A stretch of DNA of 64,000 bases. Source: Flaccisagitta enflata (Eukaryota). Below, in pieces: positions 55,293-64,000 of this stretch; position 1 is the stretch's first letter; the number at the start of each line of letters is the position of its first letter. The stretch spans positions 32,674,001-32,738,000 of the forward strand of contig OZ231126.1 of NCBI GenBank assembly GCA_965153355.1, in the 5' to 3' direction. Position numbers and translations under genes: made by a program. The notes below the pieces were generated by a model. The model was not told the DNA's origin. It saw only the letters and a program-made list of their open reading frames with translations, and did no database searches.

Positions 55293-55744
55293 TGTTCTAT
55301 AGGAGGGGGCATTTGATATCATTTTTTTGTTGTTTTTCTCTCTGTCTATTGTCTGTCTGTATCTCTCTCTCTCTCTCTCTCACTCTTTCACTCTCTCATT
55401 CTTCCTTTTTCTCTTTCCTTTTTTCTTTTCCCACTGGTGGGAATTTGATTCTTCCCACTGGTGAGAATATGTTTTAAAAAAAAATTCTCACCAGTAGGAT
55501 GATTTTTTCATCCCACTGGTGAGAATTTTTTTTTTAATAAATTCTCACCAGTTCGATTCTCCCACTGGTGATACCCACCCATTTTGGGCAGATTTCTGCC
55601 ATTGCAAAGTCACACTCCACCAGGCCGAAGTAAATTGTGAACTTACGATCATCTCAAAGCCCTCTATCTCTTTTTGGGTAACTTTTGTTTGTCTGTTAAA
55701 TCTTTTTTATCAGATGATCTGGCTCTGTCTATATCTGTCTGTCG

Positions 55745-55780
<36 letters not shown>

Positions 55781-56342
55781 GACTGGCTGTCTATGTCCCA
55801 ATTCAATGTGTCTTTTGGCCAGTGGCTTATTTGAAAAAAAAAACTCTCTTTGTGAGATTCTTTCTTGGACTGATGGACTGACTCCATGGAGAGCGCGCTA
55901 ATAATAAGACCGCATATCAGATGCAGAACGATTTAATGTATGAATAGAGGAGGAACCACCTTCTCATTGGCCCACCGATACATTTTCTCACGGAGACTTA
56001 AGTTATGAAGGGGGGAGAACAAAAAAAACTCTAATATTTTTTGGGTATATATCGACTCCTGACTATTATTTACGTAGTATACCGTCGCATTTAACGTCTT
56101 CCCGATCTTGTTCATTTGTTTGCATTTTTGGTCTTTCTAGCGTGGCATCCTCTATAGCAATCTTTCAGAATAGCTGAAACAAATGAACAATCACCTTGCA
56201 ATTGTCCCAACTCGATCGACCAACGCTGCTACACTATTAATGTTTTGGCTTCTTAGTTAATGTTCACTAACACTAATGAAACCAATACCCAGTGAAAACA
56301 ACTGTGTATCTAACATATGCTGAACATATGCGTGTTGCCCAC

Positions 56343-57091
56343 CTGGGTCTACGTTTACAAGAGGACCACACTTGACAAAATGTTGATTTGATTGTTGATT
56401 TAGGGTAAGGGGTTGGGGGTAGTTTGGGTAGAGGGTGGGGGTTTAGTAGGGTAGGGGTAGGGTGAGTTTAGGGCAGGGGGAGCGAGGGGTAGTGACTTAG
56501 GGTAGGGGTGAGAGGGTGGGTAGTTGTGTAGGGGTGAGTAGGGGGGATGAGCTAGGGGTAGGGGTGAGTTTAGGGGTGGGTTTAGGGTAGAAGTTTAGGT
56601 GTAGTGATTAGGGTAGTGAGATTTAGGTGGAAGTGAGTTTAGGGTAGGGTGAGTTTAGGGTAGTGGGCTAGGGGCAGTGAGTTAGGTAGTGAGTTTAGGT
56701 AGTGAGTTAGGGTAGTGAGTAAGGTAGTGAGGAGGGCAGGGTGAGGCTAGGGTAGGGTGAGGTAGGGGTAGGGGAGTTAGGGGTAGGGTGAGGTTAGGTA
56801 GGGTGGAGGTTAGAGGTAGGGGTAGCAGGCTGGAACCGTGAGTTTAGGGCAGGGGTGAGTTGGGTAGGGAGTTTAGGTAGGGTGTTTAGGGTAGTGAGTT
56901 TAGGCAGGGGTGAGTTTAGGTAGGGGTGAGTTTAGGGGTAGGGGTGAGTTTAGGGGTAGCGGTGAGTTTAGGGGTAGCGGCGAGTTTAGGGGTAGGGGTG
57001 AGTTTAGGGGTAGGGATGAGTTTAGGGGTAGGGATGAGTTAAGGTTACAGGTGCCAAAAAAAGTGTGGTCCTCTTGTAAACGTTTGCCCAG
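56343..57091. mobile_element. TIR element filled with telomere-like G-rich 18-bp repeats
   Basis: CTGGGTCTACGTTTACAAGAGGACCACACTT / AAGTGTGGTCCTCTTGTAAACGTTTGCCCAG; interior (GAGTTTAGGGGTAGGGGT)n; AC flanks both ends. Confidence 0.85.
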
Positions 57092-57449
57092 ACCTGTACT
57101 CTTAGTTTGCCGTCGATATGGCCATATTCATCTTTTCTGTAAAATGTTTCTTCTGCATATTTAATTTATTCATGTACCATCCTAACAAACTCGATGCGTC
57201 ATCTGCGTGATATCAGAAGAGGCGTAATGGACCGACAGACAGACAGATCATGGTCTAACAGGACAAAAGTCGGCCCCGGGGAATAATTGTGAAAATGCAT
57301 GACTGACAGACTGACTGACAGGCAGACTGAATGGATGCATGTTCAGATATAATCCAGATATAATCCAGTCGCGGACGGTTGGGTAGGAGCAGTAATGCCA
57401 AAACCGCTCGGAATTAGAAAAAAAATCTTAATTTATAGAATCATATCAT

Positions 57450-63051
<5,602 letters not shown>

Positions 63052-63357
63052 TCATTTTTTTATACAAAGCGTAACAGTATTTTAAAGGATAATAATATTT
63101 CTGAGACATTAAATTTTTTTTTATTTATTGCATCAGATTCTCGCTTTTTTCACAGTTCATGAAAGTCTCAGTATAGCATCACATACAGTATTCTAAGAAT
63201 AATTAAGACTTTTTGATTTTTTTTTGTTTCTAGGTAATGAAAAAAAAAGGTCCCTGTATTGTTTGCATGTGCCCAAAATTTACGGTTAACGGTGATTAAT
63301 GGGTAATCTTAACTTGGGGTCGATGATTAATACTATCATTAGCTGTTAGCATTGATA

Positions 63358-63466
<109 letters not shown>

Positions 63467-63913
63467 CACACAGACAGACAGACAGAGTGGCAGACAGAGG
63501 AGGAGAGAGACACAACGTCACCATACATACTACATAGACATAGACAAAGACAGTTTTGGGTGCCCAGAGCCGCGACCGGTGCAGAAGCGTCATATACAAC
63601 TTGGGGAACACCAATTACCTGCTGGCAATTTTTTTTGAAGGCAAAAAATTGCCTATTCCTTGTTTTTATCCAACCTCCATTTCGGCAGGATGTTGATTGA
63701 ATTTTTCATGCATATTAGAGGATGTCAGTCATCGAGGAATTCTACTTACCTTATTGTGATCAGGAAATCTTTAAAAAATGCATAGATTTTAAGTTGCGGA
63801 CTTGCAACTCAACAGGAGGTTTTGTCTGTACATTGGTCTGTCCATCCGTCAGTCCGTAAGTCCATTGGTTTGTCTGTTATGCTTATATTGAAAAATGCGC
63901 ACTCGAAAACAAA

Positions 63914-63979
<66 letters not shown>

Positions 63980-64000
63980 TTTAGGAATGGGTAGAAACTC

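Larger units (their letters stand above)
53554..55586. mobile_element. Degenerate TIR element with TTCTCACCAGTGGGA subterminal repeats, hosting nested insertions
   Basis: Multiple CTCACCAGTGGGA / TCCCACTGGTGAG motifs at 53570-53710 and 55428-55572. TSD not identified. Confidence 0.6.

Noticed and set aside
56400-57045. True telomere or chromosome fusion scar
   Set aside because: Repeats are 18-mers enclosed by TIRs, not pure or head-to-head TTAGGG arrays.

Overview
Repeat-rich animal (invertebrate-type) nuclear DNA; no prokaryotic features, CRISPR, rRNA or tRNA seen. One host gene is on the + strand: the 5' part of a CadN-like (type III classical) cadherin. Eight phase-consistent GT-AG exons (4844-6446, 10111-10316, 10760-11388, 13040-13216, 32200-32309, 33219-33526, 35379-36434, 40923-41082) join into ~1416 codons. 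No further exon was recognised, so the gene probably continues past the window. The N-terminal cadherin repeats are split by very large low-complexity insertions, all upstream of an RSRR furin-like site. The introns hold: a decayed, apparently full-length RTE-X-like LINE (SGNH ORF1, APE-RT-CCHC ORF2) on the - strand with five nested insertions; a partial tandem duplication of its 3' half; many Helentron-type non-autonomous elements (HINEs); several Tc1/mariner and hAT MITEs; a MITE filled with telomere-like repeats; a 974-bp tandem array; and a 5.6-kb foldback element with ~515-bp subrepeats, a TCAT target duplication and a central CXC zinc-finger fragment. Most ORFs in the supplied track are microsatellite artefacts. 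All family assignments are by eye from motifs and terminal structure; no searches were run.
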